A stretch of DNA of 64,000 bases from Eledone cirrhosa (taxonomy: Eukaryota), in the NCBI GenBank assembly GCA_964016885.1, contig OZ024741.1, positions 380,122,001 to 380,186,000 on the forward strand, given 5' to 3'. Shown here one piece after another: positions 1-12,849 of this stretch. The notes beneath the pieces are model-generated. The model was not told where the DNA came from. It searched no databases and saw only the letters and a program-made list of their open reading frames with translations. The position numbers and the translations under genes are program-made. Numbering within the stretch: position 1 is the stretch's first letter; each line of letters opens with the position of its first letter.

Positions 1-54
1 TGAACCAGAACAATTCTCCCATCCAATATCTCTTGACCATTATCTTTTACTTGT

Positions 55-612
55 CATAACATTTTTCTAAAAAGGCTACAGAATAGATTTCCAAATAAGG
101 GCGCGACAATTTAATGAAAACTTGTTCACGTGACAGCATAATTTCATTTATAACCAATCAAATTACTTTTATTAAAAAAAAGCCTGCGTGAGCCCCCTTT
201 TTTTTAAGCAAAAAGAAATTCACACACTCATATATGAAAAAACAACCTAGGCATCCCCCCTCCCTTGTTTGAAGAACATTATAACGCGAACTTGCGCGAA
301 ATTTATTATAATTATTGACCAACCAATCAAATTACTTCTCGAAAAACCTGGCATTTCGAGCCACTTTTTCCATATAAAACAAGTAACATTCAGAGACCAA
401 CCAGAAGTGAGAAAAACCACAGACCCTCCATCTCAACTCTACTTTTGAAAAGCAGAAGAACTGCGAAACCGGTAGAGGAACCAAATAATTAAATATAATT
501 TTTTAAAAATAAGACTCCAGTTGCATTTTCGATTTCATCTTTTTTTCTTTATACTTTCATTCGTGTAGGACACCTCGGTTATTTTTCATTTTGTAAAAAA
601 AACCTCACTCTC
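55..612 (+). mobile_element. PLE 3' terminal region (pLTR) ending at a (TA)n tract; second copy at 47700-48275
   Basis: Near-identical to 47700-48275; carries hammerhead motif at 442-477; directly followed by (TA)n. Confidence 0.75.
442..477 (+). ncRNA. Minimal type I hammerhead ribozyme, U3:A8 core variant
   Basis: CTT-TTGAAAA-GCAG(aagaa)CTGC-GAAA-CCGG-TA-GAG: stem II perfect, palindromic stem III ACCGGT. Confidence 0.65.
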
Positions 613-653
613 TTATATATATATATGTATAAGTATATATATATATATGTATA

Positions 654-700
<47 letters not shown>

Positions 701-908
701 CGTTTCTGAATTTGTTTAGCAGGATTCTTTATCTGAAAACGTGTGTTGAAACCGATATTGTTATACTTTGGGTGGGTCATGTTGCCAATAAGAAACACAC
801 GCACCAGTTCCTTTCACTTCAATTTATTATAATAAATTTATAAATTTAGGAATTTATAAATTTCCGGTTGGTTGGTTGGTTTCACAACCAGATGGTTGTT
901 TATATATT

Positions 909-951
909 GTCAAAGTTCTTTCGTCACACATTCTGTGACCTCTTCAGTGAC
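909..951 (-). ncRNA. Minimal hammerhead ribozyme
   Basis: Minus strand GTCA-CTGAAGA-G-GTCACA(gaatg)TGTGAC-GAAA-GAAC-TT-TGAC; stems I and II pair. Confidence 0.75.
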
Positions 952-1082
952 TGGGGATTCTTTTCTTTGTTTTTTTGCGCCCCTCCTTTGTTCTGTCCGC
1001 CGTCATCTTGTTTTGTGGCGTAGGACAGAACAAAGGAGAGGCACAACAACCAAAAAAACCAAAAAAAAACAAAAGAATCCCA

Positions 1083-1125
1083 GTCACTGAAGAGGTCACA
1101 GAATGTGCGACAAAAGAACTTTGAC
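1083..1125 (+). ncRNA. Hammerhead ribozyme copy with core mutation (GAAA to AAAA)
   Basis: Mirror of 909-951 with G12 to A change and a stem II mismatch. Confidence 0.6.
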
Positions 1126-1265
1126 AATATATAAACAACCATCTGGTTGTGGAGCCAACCAACCAACCGGAAATTTATAAATTCCTAAATTTATAAATTT
1201 ATTATAATAAATTGAAGTTAAAACTTGGTGCGTGTGTTTCTTATTGGCAACATGACCCTCCCAAA

Positions 1266-1316
<51 letters not shown>

Positions 1317-1611
1317 CTAGATTAGATGCGTTCATAATACAACTATATAAGACATATTCAAAGCTCGAATGTGATCTTTTTATCCACAGTAAAATTGTCA
1401 AAAAACAGTTCAATATGTAACTTTCCAATCATAGTAGTTTTACAATGTCACAAAGCATATATCAAATGATTAAATAAATAACCAAGATTTAAAACATTAT
1501 TTAATAGATTTCCACGCGTATCATTCAAATACAGAAAGATGTAGCGTTTTAAAAACAGAAAAACAGACTACTAAATATATTTTCCGTGCTGTTTCCAATT
1601 CAACTTTTTCT

Positions 1612-1650
1612 CTATAATCACTGTTTTATATGGAACTGTACTCCCTTTTG

Positions 1651-1686
<36 letters not shown>

Positions 1687-1893
1687 CGAAGGAATTGTGG
1701 TACGGAACCAGATGGACCATAACGCACCAGAGTACTCAATACTTAGGGTAGTAGAGTGGGTAATAGGAAAAAGTATGACCCCGACGGCGGAGCTCAAGCC
1801 GTTTCGACGGCTATTTCTGGACTCAGAAATATTTATGTCCAGAAATAGCCGTCGAAACGGCTTGAGCTCTGCCGTCGGGGTCATACTTTTTCC

Positions 1894-1937
<44 letters not shown>

Positions 1938-1974
1938 AAAAGGGAGTAAGGTTCCATATAAAACAGTGATTATA
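1612..1974. repeat. ~41-bp inverted repeat facing inward around a (TA)n tract
   Basis: tataatcactgttttatatggaactgtactcccttttgaaa (1613-1653) vs reverse complement at 1934-1974. Confidence 0.85.
1686..1894. mobile_element. Head-to-head PLE 3'-end insertion, family B, with half-hammerhead
   Basis: 1765-1822 inverted vs 1837-1894; GAAA-CGGC..GCCG-TC-GGGG (stem III plus GUC site); related copies 8371-8510 and 19165-19355. Confidence 0.8.
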
Positions 1975-1987
1975 AAACTGATTAACT

Positions 1988-2050
1988 CCGTCTCTAGGAC
2001 GCCCCACACAAAATAGTCTAGAGTATTAGAGGCTAGAGATATGGGAGAAG
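1988..2050 (-). pseudogene. Tc1/mariner transposase remnant
   Basis: Translates to SPISLASNTLDYFVWGVLE, resembling the SPDLNPLDYxVWG motif. Confidence 0.45.
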
Positions 2051-2571
2051 CATATGTCGGGCGACCACTGGCATGGCACGTTGGCAAACAACCAGGTATG
2101 TGTGTACTGTTGAAAGACCTAGGGGCTCCCATTAGCCACCCTCTCCATCCAGGGCTTGACATGCGCGTCTAAGAGACTCACGTCGCCTTTGGCACAAAGG
2201 AGGAGGCCTCCGTGGTTGACTCGGTGTCGTATTGGATTTTTATGAGTCTTGCGTTCTGACGTGAAACTGCCTTGTTGTCTGACGCCCCATATACATTTGT
2301 TAGTTTGTAAACCATGATTTTATATTATTCGAACCTTTTGGTTATCTCCTTGGCTTTGTTGCCGGTGCAAAGGCTCTCCAAAACAGCAGCTCGACGATCA
2401 TATTTTGAAGAGATGTCGATTACTAAGCACCTCGTGCATCAGTAGCCGGATAGCTACTTAGATGTAGCACTTTCTTATTGAGCTCTCGGAACATCACTAC
2501 TATGGGACGTCACCGCGCTGTAGCCACGTAAACATTCCGTATTTATCGGCGTCCCACTCTATTTATGTATT

Positions 2572-2609
<38 letters not shown>

Positions 2610-2972
2610 TGGTGTGTGTGTGTGTGTGTATGTGTGTGTGTACCTGTGTGTGCGTGTGTGTGTATGTGTGTCTGTGAGTATGTGTTTCTGTGTGTGTGTG
2701 TTTCCATTTCCATTTATCGATTTTCAGGTGTGTCAAACTATTTTGACATTATATGATTTTTTAATGACTTCCATCCGCTATTGATGACCCTGAACCAACA
2801 ATTTTTCTTGTTTATGAATAGATATCTTTAAATAGGAAATTTAAGTTCAACGCAGTTTAGTTACTTTTGGTATCACTTTAGTTTCATTTCAGCTCAGTTA
2901 TTATGAAAATTTAATATTACAAGCTGTTTTTTCCTGAATATACATGTTAGTTCTATTATTTATTTGATTCCT

Positions 2973-3145
2973 TGGTAGAGGGTCGGACGCCATGCTTTGA
3001 CGCATAGAGTTACCGCCCTTGCTATTCTGAGTTCAAATCTAGCCGAGGTTAGCTTTTCCTTTCATCCTTACGGGGTCGATAAAATAAAGTACCAGTAATG
3101 TACTGGTTAATTGCTGGCCTTGTGCCAATAGTAGAAACAATTATT
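2973..3145 (+). mobile_element. tRNA-type SINE copy
   Basis: Box B-like GAGTTCAAATC; core CCTTTCATCCTTACGGGGTCGATAAAATAAAGTACC repeated through the window. Confidence 0.8.
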
Positions 3146-3904
3146 TATTTGATTTCGTATCGCTAATGTGAGATAAAATTAATAATATCACTGTTTTTCT
3201 TATACACTCCAATGTACTTCTTACGAAATACAGAAAATATTTCCATAATTCAGAGATTACATTTAGTTACAAAACTTTATGATTACCAGACATTTTAACG
3301 GTTTGCATTTACGTTTAATTTCCCTTTATAATTCCAAGAAACCTTGACTAATAATTGCATACTGCAATCTCCTTCGTAACTATATAATTCGGCTACTATA
3401 GTTTTTGTGGGTCTCGATACAGGTTTGGTGTACAGATTACAAATAGTACAGATTACAAATATGCTGCTTGTGTAGTCAACCACGTAAAAATGTTAACATC
3501 TTATAATAGCCGGATCAAGTATAGTAACACAATCACCAACATTGATTCAGTTCATTCGAATTCACGCCATTGTATCTGTCAGAGAGCTCGATAACTTGGG
3601 CAATTTTAAGAAAGTTTTAAATCAGCCCTTTGTTAGATTTTATTTGTTTTCTTTAGTTTTTTCTTCACAATTAAACATGTTACTACGATAGAGCTGAAAT
3701 CCTCTATTAAACTAAGAAATAAAGGGATTTGAGATCATTGAAGAGGTTATCATGCATTCTAGGAATTCACATACACCTATATTTAAGTAGGGGCACAGCT
3801 GTAGTTAACGGAGAAGATTAAGGAAAACTTAATTACAGCTCAGTTTTATTGAAACTCCAGCAGGAACAATAACAATTTAATGCTTTTTCTCTATATTTTA
3901 ACTG

Positions 3905-5090
3905 AGGATGCCGTAGCCACAGCGTGTGCTTTCGCATCGTCAGCTACGGCATAGCCAGTCGTCCGCGTAGATGGTGCTGGCAGCAGATGGACTGCTTCCC
4001 CAATTGATCCTGTCTCTGCCACAAAAGGCTGAACAGCAGACGTTCCAATGTGGTGAGGTTTGAACGGGGGCAAGCACGACGTCCAGACGATAGTAGATAA
4101 CGGACGCGATGTACGCGTTTAATACATCCGCTCAACCTATCAGAAATAGCTTCCTCTCGGCCCATTTCTAGGTGAGAGAGGCCATCCTGCTCGTCACTTC
4201 ACCCCAGTTCTTATCCACTTGGATGTTCAGTACGAACCAGAAAGGAACAGCTACTTCGGTCCGTACGGAATGTATTTGCCTCTCCTGGTGCCGAGTTGCA
4301 AACCCAGCGAGTATTCCATGTTTAGTTTTGCACCTGTCGATCACCTCATAAATCAAGGTTGTGGCGTCCGCATATGCCGACACAGACCTCACACGTCGGT
4401 GTTCGAGCGTGATGCCCTGCAAAGTCTCCAGCTTCGCCAGTAATGGGCCGAGAGACAATACGTACCGAAGGGAGGGGAAAGAGCACTCTCAACGGACCGA
4501 TTGCACAACCTGAAATGGTTCTGAAAGGTGGCCATTTACTTTGACCACCGAACAGATTCCGCTGTGAATTGCAGAGATACATCCTCTGAAAAGGGACCGA
4601 TGCCAGCGGCCTTAAAGACAGCCTCCAGGTAGCGATGGTTGATCCTATCGAAAGATTTCGATTGATCTAAATCGATCACGGCCCCACCGAATCCTGGTTT
4701 ACAGTCTACCGTCTTTATGATGTATCGCACGATGTGGAAGTTGTCTTCTATGGACCTGGTTAGGATTGTGTAATTTTGCACCACGCCTATCAAACCTTCG
4801 AGAACAAGTGTCAACCTCTTCGTTAATACCTTAGCCAAAATCTTAAACTCTGTGTTTAACAGAGTTATGGATCTGAAATTATCAAACATATTCCTCTTTT
4901 TCTCCTCTGCCCTCTTCAGCGTTACTACTCCTTTGCTCACGGAACTGGGAATGCTCCCGTTATGCTGCCAGTTCCAGAAGACAGCTTTGAGGACCTCGCA
5001 GAACAAATCTGGCTTTTCTATGTCAAACTTGGAGAGCAGAACATCCAAACCGGTTGACTTGCATCTCGTATAATCGCCCAGGACATTGTG
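3905..5090 (-). pseudogene. L1/Tx1-clade LINE reverse transcriptase fragment (frameshifted)
   Basis: FRSITLLNTEFKILAKVLTKRL, LDQSKSFDRINH, SAYADA motifs; similar to 50765-51150. Confidence 0.85.
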
Positions 5091-7436
5091 AAGTTCGGGG
5101 TTTTTTGTAGTGCTGGTGTGATGTATGTAGTTAAATAACGTTTTGGTGGTTGTGGTGTTGAAGCTTTGACTTTTGTTTGTTTGCATATTTTGCCCTCTTT
5201 ATTTAAGAGCGAAGGGGAATTATTTCTCTTTTCCTGATGGTTTTCCACCCCTTATCCTCGTTACAATATGTATCAAATTGTTTGACGACGAGGAGGGATA
5301 TGTCTTCCGTAGGAAATGTAGTTGGAGTTGGTGTCGGCGGTGGGGTTTTGTGATTGTTGTTGTTGATGTTGGTGCTAGGGTTTTTGCAGCTATTGTGGCT
5401 GAGGTTGGTTGGAAGGAAAGGGAGCCACGTTCCAGTCTTTGTTTGGTCTGGGCAGAAGGCTTTTAGGTGGATTTTCACCCCTCATATGTGGCATTTTGGC
5501 CTTCTACACTAGACTGTCATAGTAATGTTGGAGCCGTCGTTGAGGTATATGACCTCAGGTATAGCTTCGGTACTATCCTGGTGCTGGTGGTGATGGAGGT
5601 GATGATGATGAACATAGTCATGAGGATGAAGATGATGATCTGTCTATAGTAGTATATTGTTTATAATGGCGGGTAGAATATTAGAATCGTTATAGTGTCG
5701 GGCAAAAACATGTTTTGCGATATTTAGTTAGAGCCATTTATCATCGGAGTTCAAATTACCCACAATTCATTTACTATTCATCCTTCCGGCATGGATAAAA
5801 TAAAATATAAGAAAAAGTAATTGGGCCAATTTAGTCGAGTATACTGTTTTAACAATTTGGATGGACATTTGCCAATATTAAAAATGAATATTATCATATG
5901 TTATACTAAGTAATACTATATTGAAATTTCATATATCATTTTATGTTGTCCTATAGTATATTATGCAATATTATATTATACTGTATTCTATTTAAATACC
6001 ATAGCATTATATTACACGTAAATATTATATCTTTACATTATACTTAAATATTATATTATTTTATACTCAAATAATAATGCCATAAATCTCGATATGTAAC
6101 TTTAAGACACAGTATTGTTGATTTAATAAAACTCTGATTATGAACTGAATATACAAATAATGAATACATGACAAATATTCGTTTGAAATATATTCATTCA
6201 AACACGACTAAATAATTGGAAATGTTAACTTGAATTATCATGCTGTGACAGTTGCATTAAAGGAAGATAAGAAATTAGTTTTAATGTGCTGGATATTAGC
6301 GTGTTCAAATAGGTTTAGATAGTCTTAGTTGCCCATGTTCCCGCTATGGTGTAACTATTGATATACATTTATAAAAGTTAAAATGCTATTTCATCATTTG
6401 CTTTGATTAAAATACTATACACGACAACTTGAAATACAGAGCTGGAGAAATAATTCCTGCTTGGTTACAGTAAAAGATTTCTTAAGTTGAGACAAGACCA
6501 CCAATGTATAACGAAAGGATAAAGCAAACTGGAATCAATTTAACGACATACCAGGCACATATTTATTTTCTTGCCTAAAGGGGTGAAGCGAAAAGACAGA
6601 CCTCCAGCGTGGCTTTGAACTCGGAACTTAGTGAAGCAGAGTTTAACTATCCTAAGGCATTTACTCCAGATTTCTTCCATATCTGACACGTCAACTTCTC
6701 GCAGTTTTAAAATAATTAATCCACCAACCTTCCCCGCTTCCTTCCTCTACTTTTGTCTCTTACTCCTACTCTTTCTCTAGTAACACACATTTCCTTATAT
6801 GACAATACCAATATTTCATCTCATATCGATTCAACTCACTGCTAACTAGAGCAAGCATGCGATTTCCACAGCAAGTGAATAACATCGTCATCAGAATCAG
6901 AAACATTACTACCATCGTTATTAGCAGCAATATTGCCACGATTCTCGTCGTCATCATTATCTTGATGAACATCTTCAAAGTTGTTCTAAACACCAACAGC
7001 ATTCTGGTCATCGCATCAGATTTCCTATAATTATCAGAATTATCAAGATCAACTACATCGTACTCAACGTCAAAGTAATCAATAATAGTTTGCCCTTATC
7101 AGAATGTAGAAAAATCATAATTGCCATCATCATCATCATCATCATCATCAATATTATCGTCATCGATGTCTTCATCGTCGTTGCTGCAACCTTCGTTGTC
7201 GGCGATGCCAGAAACCTACGTTGAAAACATTTGACAATGAGGTCTTTATCAACATAGCTATTGGGAATATTTTCATTTCGATGCTTCAATTTTCCTTTGT
7301 ATTTGTAGGAGCTGATTCCAAATCTCATCCAGAGATTTTTTTCTCGATTGATACATATTTTATTGTAACCTTTGTGCGGTATTTCCTCATGTAAGTTGGG
7401 ATTAGTAAGAAACTCTCATTATTTAAGAAGGTGACT

Positions 7437-7625
7437 GCGGTGAATTGGCAGTATCGGTAGAGGGTCGGTCGCCATGCTTTCCAGCATAGTTACGCCCATT
7501 TACGATCTGAGTTCAAATCCCGCCGAGTTTGACTTTGCCTTTTATCCTTACGAGGTCGATAAAATAAAGTACCAGTAATGCACTGGGTAATTGCTGGGCT
7601 TCTGTCGAAAGTAGAAACAATTATT
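7437..7625 (+). mobile_element. tRNA-type SINE copy
   Basis: Full head (tggcagtatcggtagag), B box, conserved core and tail gtagaaacaattat. Confidence 0.85.
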
Positions 7626-7787
7626 TAAGAAGCTGACAATGTGAGCATTCGCTTCGATTTCTCACTTCTATCGTCCTGTATATTCTTCCTCTCTTTTTTT
7701 GTTTACATCTACTTTAAAACCTGTTGTGCTTCCTGAATAGAGGTCGCTCCCGGCATTTACTAATGAGATTTACGCTTTTATAAATGA

Positions 7788-7820
7788 CTAGACTACCCGT
7801 GACTCGTTGTGTCACGTTCA
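7788..7820 (-). mobile_element. Helitron-like 3' terminus
   Basis: Minus strand hairpin CGTGAC(acaacga)GTCACG followed by ggtagt-CTAG then T. Confidence 0.5.
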
Positions 7821-7974
7821 CTTTAAAATAATTTCTAAATAATTAGAATATACACAGGCATGTGTATAATATAAAATGAAATTAGAAGGCCCCATACTAA
7901 TATCATTTGTACTGACTGTCTGTTTTTTGTTCTTTCTTCATTTATTAAACTATATATATATATATATATATATA

Positions 7975-8362
7975 CATTTGGCGCGAAATAAATTTTTAAC
8001 ATTCACATGACCTCTACCGACCAATCAAAATTGTTTTGACCACAAGAATTTTTGCAACACGAATTGGTGCGAAACTTATTTTAATACATCTGGAGCCACT
8101 TTTTTCACATAAAACAGGTAGAATTTCCAAAACTAATCAGATTAGAGCAAACATCACGGGCGCTCTATCTCAAAATTATTTTTGAAAACCATTAGAAATG
8201 CGCAACCGGTAAAACTTAATACCAAAACTGAATACTAATCAATACTATTCATAATTTTTACTTATTTCTAATTAAACTATTTTTCACTCGGAACAATTCG
8301 TCATTTTCTTTTCCGTTTACCAATATATCATAACTCGTGTGTTACACCTCTATTCTTTTAAA
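7975..8362 (+). mobile_element. PLE 3' end (family C, diverged single arm) between (TA)n tracts
   Basis: Similar to 11240-11622 including long end gttacacctctattctttt; hammerhead-like motif 8179-8214. Confidence 0.8.
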
Positions 8363-8370
8363 TATATATA

Positions 8371-8506
8371 ACGAATGAAATGTGGTAAGGAACCAGATGG
8401 ACCATAACGCACCAAAGTACTCAAAACTTAGGGTAGTAGAGTGGGTAATAGGAACGAGTAGGACCCCGACGGCTGAGCTCAAGCCGTTTCGACGGCTAAT
8501 TCTGGA

Positions 8507-8510
<4 letters not shown>
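8371..8510 (-). mobile_element. PLE family B single arm
   Basis: Matches 1686-1822; truncated at the same stem II loop. Confidence 0.8.
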
Positions 8511-8550
<40 letters not shown>

Positions 8551-8835
8551 TGTGTGTGTGTCTGTGTAAACATATATAAATATATTTATATACAAATATA
8601 AATTTAGCGATAATCGCATTTCGGCGGATAGAAAGAACGAAACGTAACGCAAATTCCGAGTCATGCTGGCAAGCGCTCCAATGGCTAAAAGACCAGAGCT
8701 ATAAACATAGGTTATAAAGGCGATACAAACTGGGAAGGCGGTCAAGAAGGCATAAACCACCTAAGTCAAAAACCAAGTCAAGTTAAACAGGTCAGACAAA
8801 ATAAATGACATAATCGTACATGTATATGTATATGT

Positions 8836-8890
<55 letters not shown>

Positions 8891-9366
8891 TAAACGGAAT
8901 AGAAAATGCTGACAAATTGTTCACAGTTGAAAAATGGTTTAATTAGGAATAAAAGAGTATTAGTGATTGTATGGGTTAGTATTCAGTTGTGGTTTTAAGT
9001 TTTTAAGTTTTTACCGGTTGCGCATTTCTAAATGCTTTTCAAAAATAATTTTGAGATAGAGTGTCCGTGCTGTTTGCTCTGATCTGATTAGTTTTGGGAA
9101 TTCTACCTGTTTTTATGTTAAAAAAATGGCTCCAGCGTTATTTTTGTGTTGTAAAAATGCTTGTGGTCAAAACAATTTTGATTGGTCGGTAGAGGTCATG
9201 TGAATGTAAAAAGTTGATTTTGCGCCAAGACTGTTTTTATGTTAAAATGTTAGAAAAGTGGCTCCAGCAAAGATTATGGTCAAAACAATTTTGATTGGTC
9301 GGTAGAGGTCATGTGGATAAAAAATTGGTTTTGCGCCAAGATTGAGAAATGACTCTTTCACAACAA

Positions 9367-9424
<58 letters not shown>

Positions 9425-9836
9425 TAGTAGTAGTAAGGTATTCGATGCTGCGACAATAGCCACCAGCGATGTGTGTCAAATGGCTATTAAGATAAGTGTG
9501 TGTGTGTGTGTGTGTGTGTGTGCGTACACACACACAGCAGAGTCATTCGAAGGTCAAAAGATATTTTTCAGCTTTTGTCTTATACGGAGAAGTGCGTGTG
9601 TGCGTGTGTGTGTGTGTATAAGTCTCTTTGTATGTTGATGTACGCGTGTGTATGTGTCTGTGTATATATGTGTGTGTGTGTGTGTGTGCGTGTGTGGGTG
9701 GACCAGTATTTTTTTCCCCCCCTGGTAAAATGGTGTACATTATTCGATTTTTTCAGTAAAATCGGTTCTCTTAATAGAACATCAACAATCTTAACAATAA
9801 AAGGTGTGAAATGATATTCACTATATACACATATAT

Positions 9837-9876
<40 letters not shown>

Positions 9877-10168
9877 TTTCACTACATACATATATATACA
9901 TATATACATATATACATACATATATATGCACATATATTTTTTTGTATTGCACCATAGAGCATGTGTGTTTACGTGTGTCATTGTGTTTATATGTGGGTAG
10001 AGATGTGTGCTGATGTAGGTATGTATGTTGACGTGTGTATGTTGTGGGTTCGTCTTAGGGAGAAGTGTTTAGACGGGGTCCGTATTTGTTAATGAAGTAA
10101 GATTCCTTGCTGATGCGCTGGGTGTGGGTGGCATTATCTTTAAATTTGTAGAGGGGAAAGATTCTGAA

Positions 10169-10411
10169 GTAGGCCAGACCAAAAACAGCCTCCGCCAACG
10201 CATGACTGTCCATAGATCCCAAATTAAAATACGGGAATACAGGAAAATACCACTGAGTGAACACATTGATACCTGCGCCGCCCAAAATCATCCCAACTTC
10301 AGAATCTTTCCCCTCTACAAATTTAAAGATAATGCCACCCACACCCAGCGCATCAGCAAGGAATCTCACTTTATTAACAAATACGGACCCCGTCTAAACA
10401 CTTCTCCCTAA
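10169..10411 (+). pseudogene. PLE GIY-YIG endonuclease C-terminal fragment
   Basis: VGQTKNSLRQRMTVH...QRISKESHFINKYGPRLN* matches the Y(I/V)G-T..L..R...H ... R...E..I...P.LN pattern. Confidence 0.8.
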
Positions 10412-10589
10412 GACGAACCCACAACATACACACGTCAACATACATACCTACATCAGCACACATCTCTACCCACATATAAACACAATGACACACGTAAACA
10501 CACATGCTCTATGGTGCAATACAAAAAAATATATGTGCATATATATGTATGTATATATGTATATATGTATATATATGTATGTAGTGAAA

Positions 10590-10629
<40 letters not shown>

Positions 10630-11041
10630 ATATATGTGTATATAGTGAATATCATTTCACACCTTTTATTGTTAAGATTGTTGATGTTCTATTAAGAGAA
10701 CCGATTTTACTGAAAAAATCGAATAATGTACACCATTTTACCAGGGGGGGAAAAAAATACTGGTCCACCCACACACGCACACACACACACACACACATAT
10801 ATACACAGACACATACACACGCGTACATCAACATACAAAGAGACTTATACACACACACACACGCACACACGCACTTCTCCGTATAAGACAAAAGCTGAAA
10901 AATATCTTTTGACCTTCGAATGACTCTGCTGTGTGTGTGTACGCACACACACACACACACACACACACACTTATCTTAATAGCCATTTGACACACATCGC
11001 TGGTGGCTATTGTCGCAGCATCGAATACCTTACTACTACTA

Positions 11042-11103
<62 letters not shown>

Positions 11104-11424
11104 TTGTTGTGAAAGAGTCATTTCTCAATCTTGGCGCAAAACCAATTTTTTATCCACATGACCTCTACCGACCAATCAAAATTGTTTTGACCATAATCTT
11201 TGCTGGAGCCACTTTTCTAACATTTTAACATAAAAACAGTCTTGGCGCAAAATCAACTTTTTACATTCACATGACCTCTACCGACCAATCAAAATTGTTT
11301 TGACCACAAGCATTTTTACAACACAAAAATAACGCTGGAGCCATTTTTTTAACATAAAAACAGGTAGAATTCCCAAAACTAATCAGATCAGAGCAAACAG
11401 CACGGACACTCTATCTCAAAATTA

Positions 11425-11461
11425 TTTTTGAAAAGCATTTAGAAATGCGCAACCGGTAAAA
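11425..11461 (+). ncRNA. Hammerhead variant (UUGAAAA / GCAA core)
   Basis: TTT-TTGAAAA-GCATTT(ag)AAATGC-GCAA-CCGG-TA-AAA; GCAA also present at 8179-8214 and 9009-9045. Confidence 0.5.
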
Positions 11462-11618
11462 ACTTAAAAACTTAAAACCACAACTGAATACTAACCCATA
11501 CAATCACTAATACTCTTTTATTCCTAATTAAACCATTTTTCAACTGTGAACAATTTGTCAGCATTTTCTATTCCGTTTACCAATATATAATAACTTGTGT
11601 GTTACACCTCTATTCTTT

Positions 11619-11690
<72 letters not shown>

Positions 11691-11707
11691 ACAAACCTGG
11701 ACCCTTG

Positions 11708-11752
<45 letters not shown>

Positions 11753-11933
11753 TTGTGTGTGTGTGTATACACCGGTCACAGACACCACACACATACACAC
11801 ACACACACACCTAGAATCCATTTCTATTTTGCAGAATACAGTATTGCTGTATTCGTTTCTTTGAAGTCACCGGTTATAATTTCATTCAACAACACCCCAG
11901 CTCTCTCTCTTCCATTGTCTTTTTCAGTCTCCT

Positions 11934-12006
<73 letters not shown>

Positions 12007-12849
12007 CTACTCGCTCACAAGCACTAATTGTCTCTCTCTATCCTTCTCTCGCTCTGCTTATGAAGGTACTCGGAAAAACCTTGTATCTTGGGGACCTGTA
12101 CTCCCATTTACGCGAAACTTGTTTTATTCCATTGTATTCGTATTTCAGGATCAACTTCCTTTCAAATATTTTCCGATTATGCGCCTTTTTGGTTGTATTA
12201 CATTACAGACAAGCAATCAATTAATCAAGCAAGCAAGCAGTCAGAGAGGTTTAGTCGTATCTAGATTGTACATTTCTGTACATTTGCAATTACATTTTCC
12301 GGCACTCAGTACGTGACGCTTCGCTTCTTTTAAGGTAGCTAAATCCACCTTGCTGTTTGTGGCGGTCTTTGTTGCGACGCTTAATTGTGACGAAGATGAG
12401 GAGTAGTATACCGTCTTCCACAATTACAACATACAGTAAATAATCTCTGAGGTCATCTCAAAAAAAGAAAGAAAAAAAGATAAAGCGTTGAGGCAACTAT
12501 TACCAACACCTACACCAACATCACCGGCACCACCACCACCACTATCAACACCAAGAAAGCCGCAACAATGACCATTAACACCACAACAGACACCGCAGAC
12601 ACCAACACCATCCTAATCACAAGCAAATCCAAAACACCTAAAGCAAATTCATCAGAAAGTTCCAACCCTCATTCACTATACAGTAATATATATAAACAAC
12701 CAGAAACTGATCAACTACATTCAATATAACACAAATATTTAAGAAACAAATCACATAAAACCACAAATATTTGCACCACACAAACAGATAAAAATGATAA
12801 ACATAGATCTAAAACTGTACACAAATTAAAAAACAAAATTCCCCCGAAA

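Larger units (their letters stand above)
698..1267. mobile_element. Head-to-head (palindromic) PLE 3'-end insertion, family A, in (TA)n
   Basis: 763-1015 is the reverse complement of 1016-1270; left arm extends ~60 nt further; (TA)n on both sides; same family at 25218-25307 and 31283-31676. Confidence 0.85.
8887..11622. mobile_element. Large palindromic PLE insertion (family C): arms 8887-10170 and 10296-11583, 125-bp spacer, ~39-nt extra tail
   Basis: Arms nearly identical reverse complements; GIY-YIG coding in the centre; hammerhead-like motifs 9009-9045(-) and 11425-11461(+); (TA)n flanks. Confidence 0.9.

Noticed and set aside
698-1267. MITE or miRNA-precursor interpretation of the palindromes
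   Set aside because: Arms have unequal ends, variable centres, strand-oriented hammerheads and links to PLE ORFs
2973-3145. tRNA gene
   Set aside because: B-box-like motif only, no cloverleaf; part of the SINE
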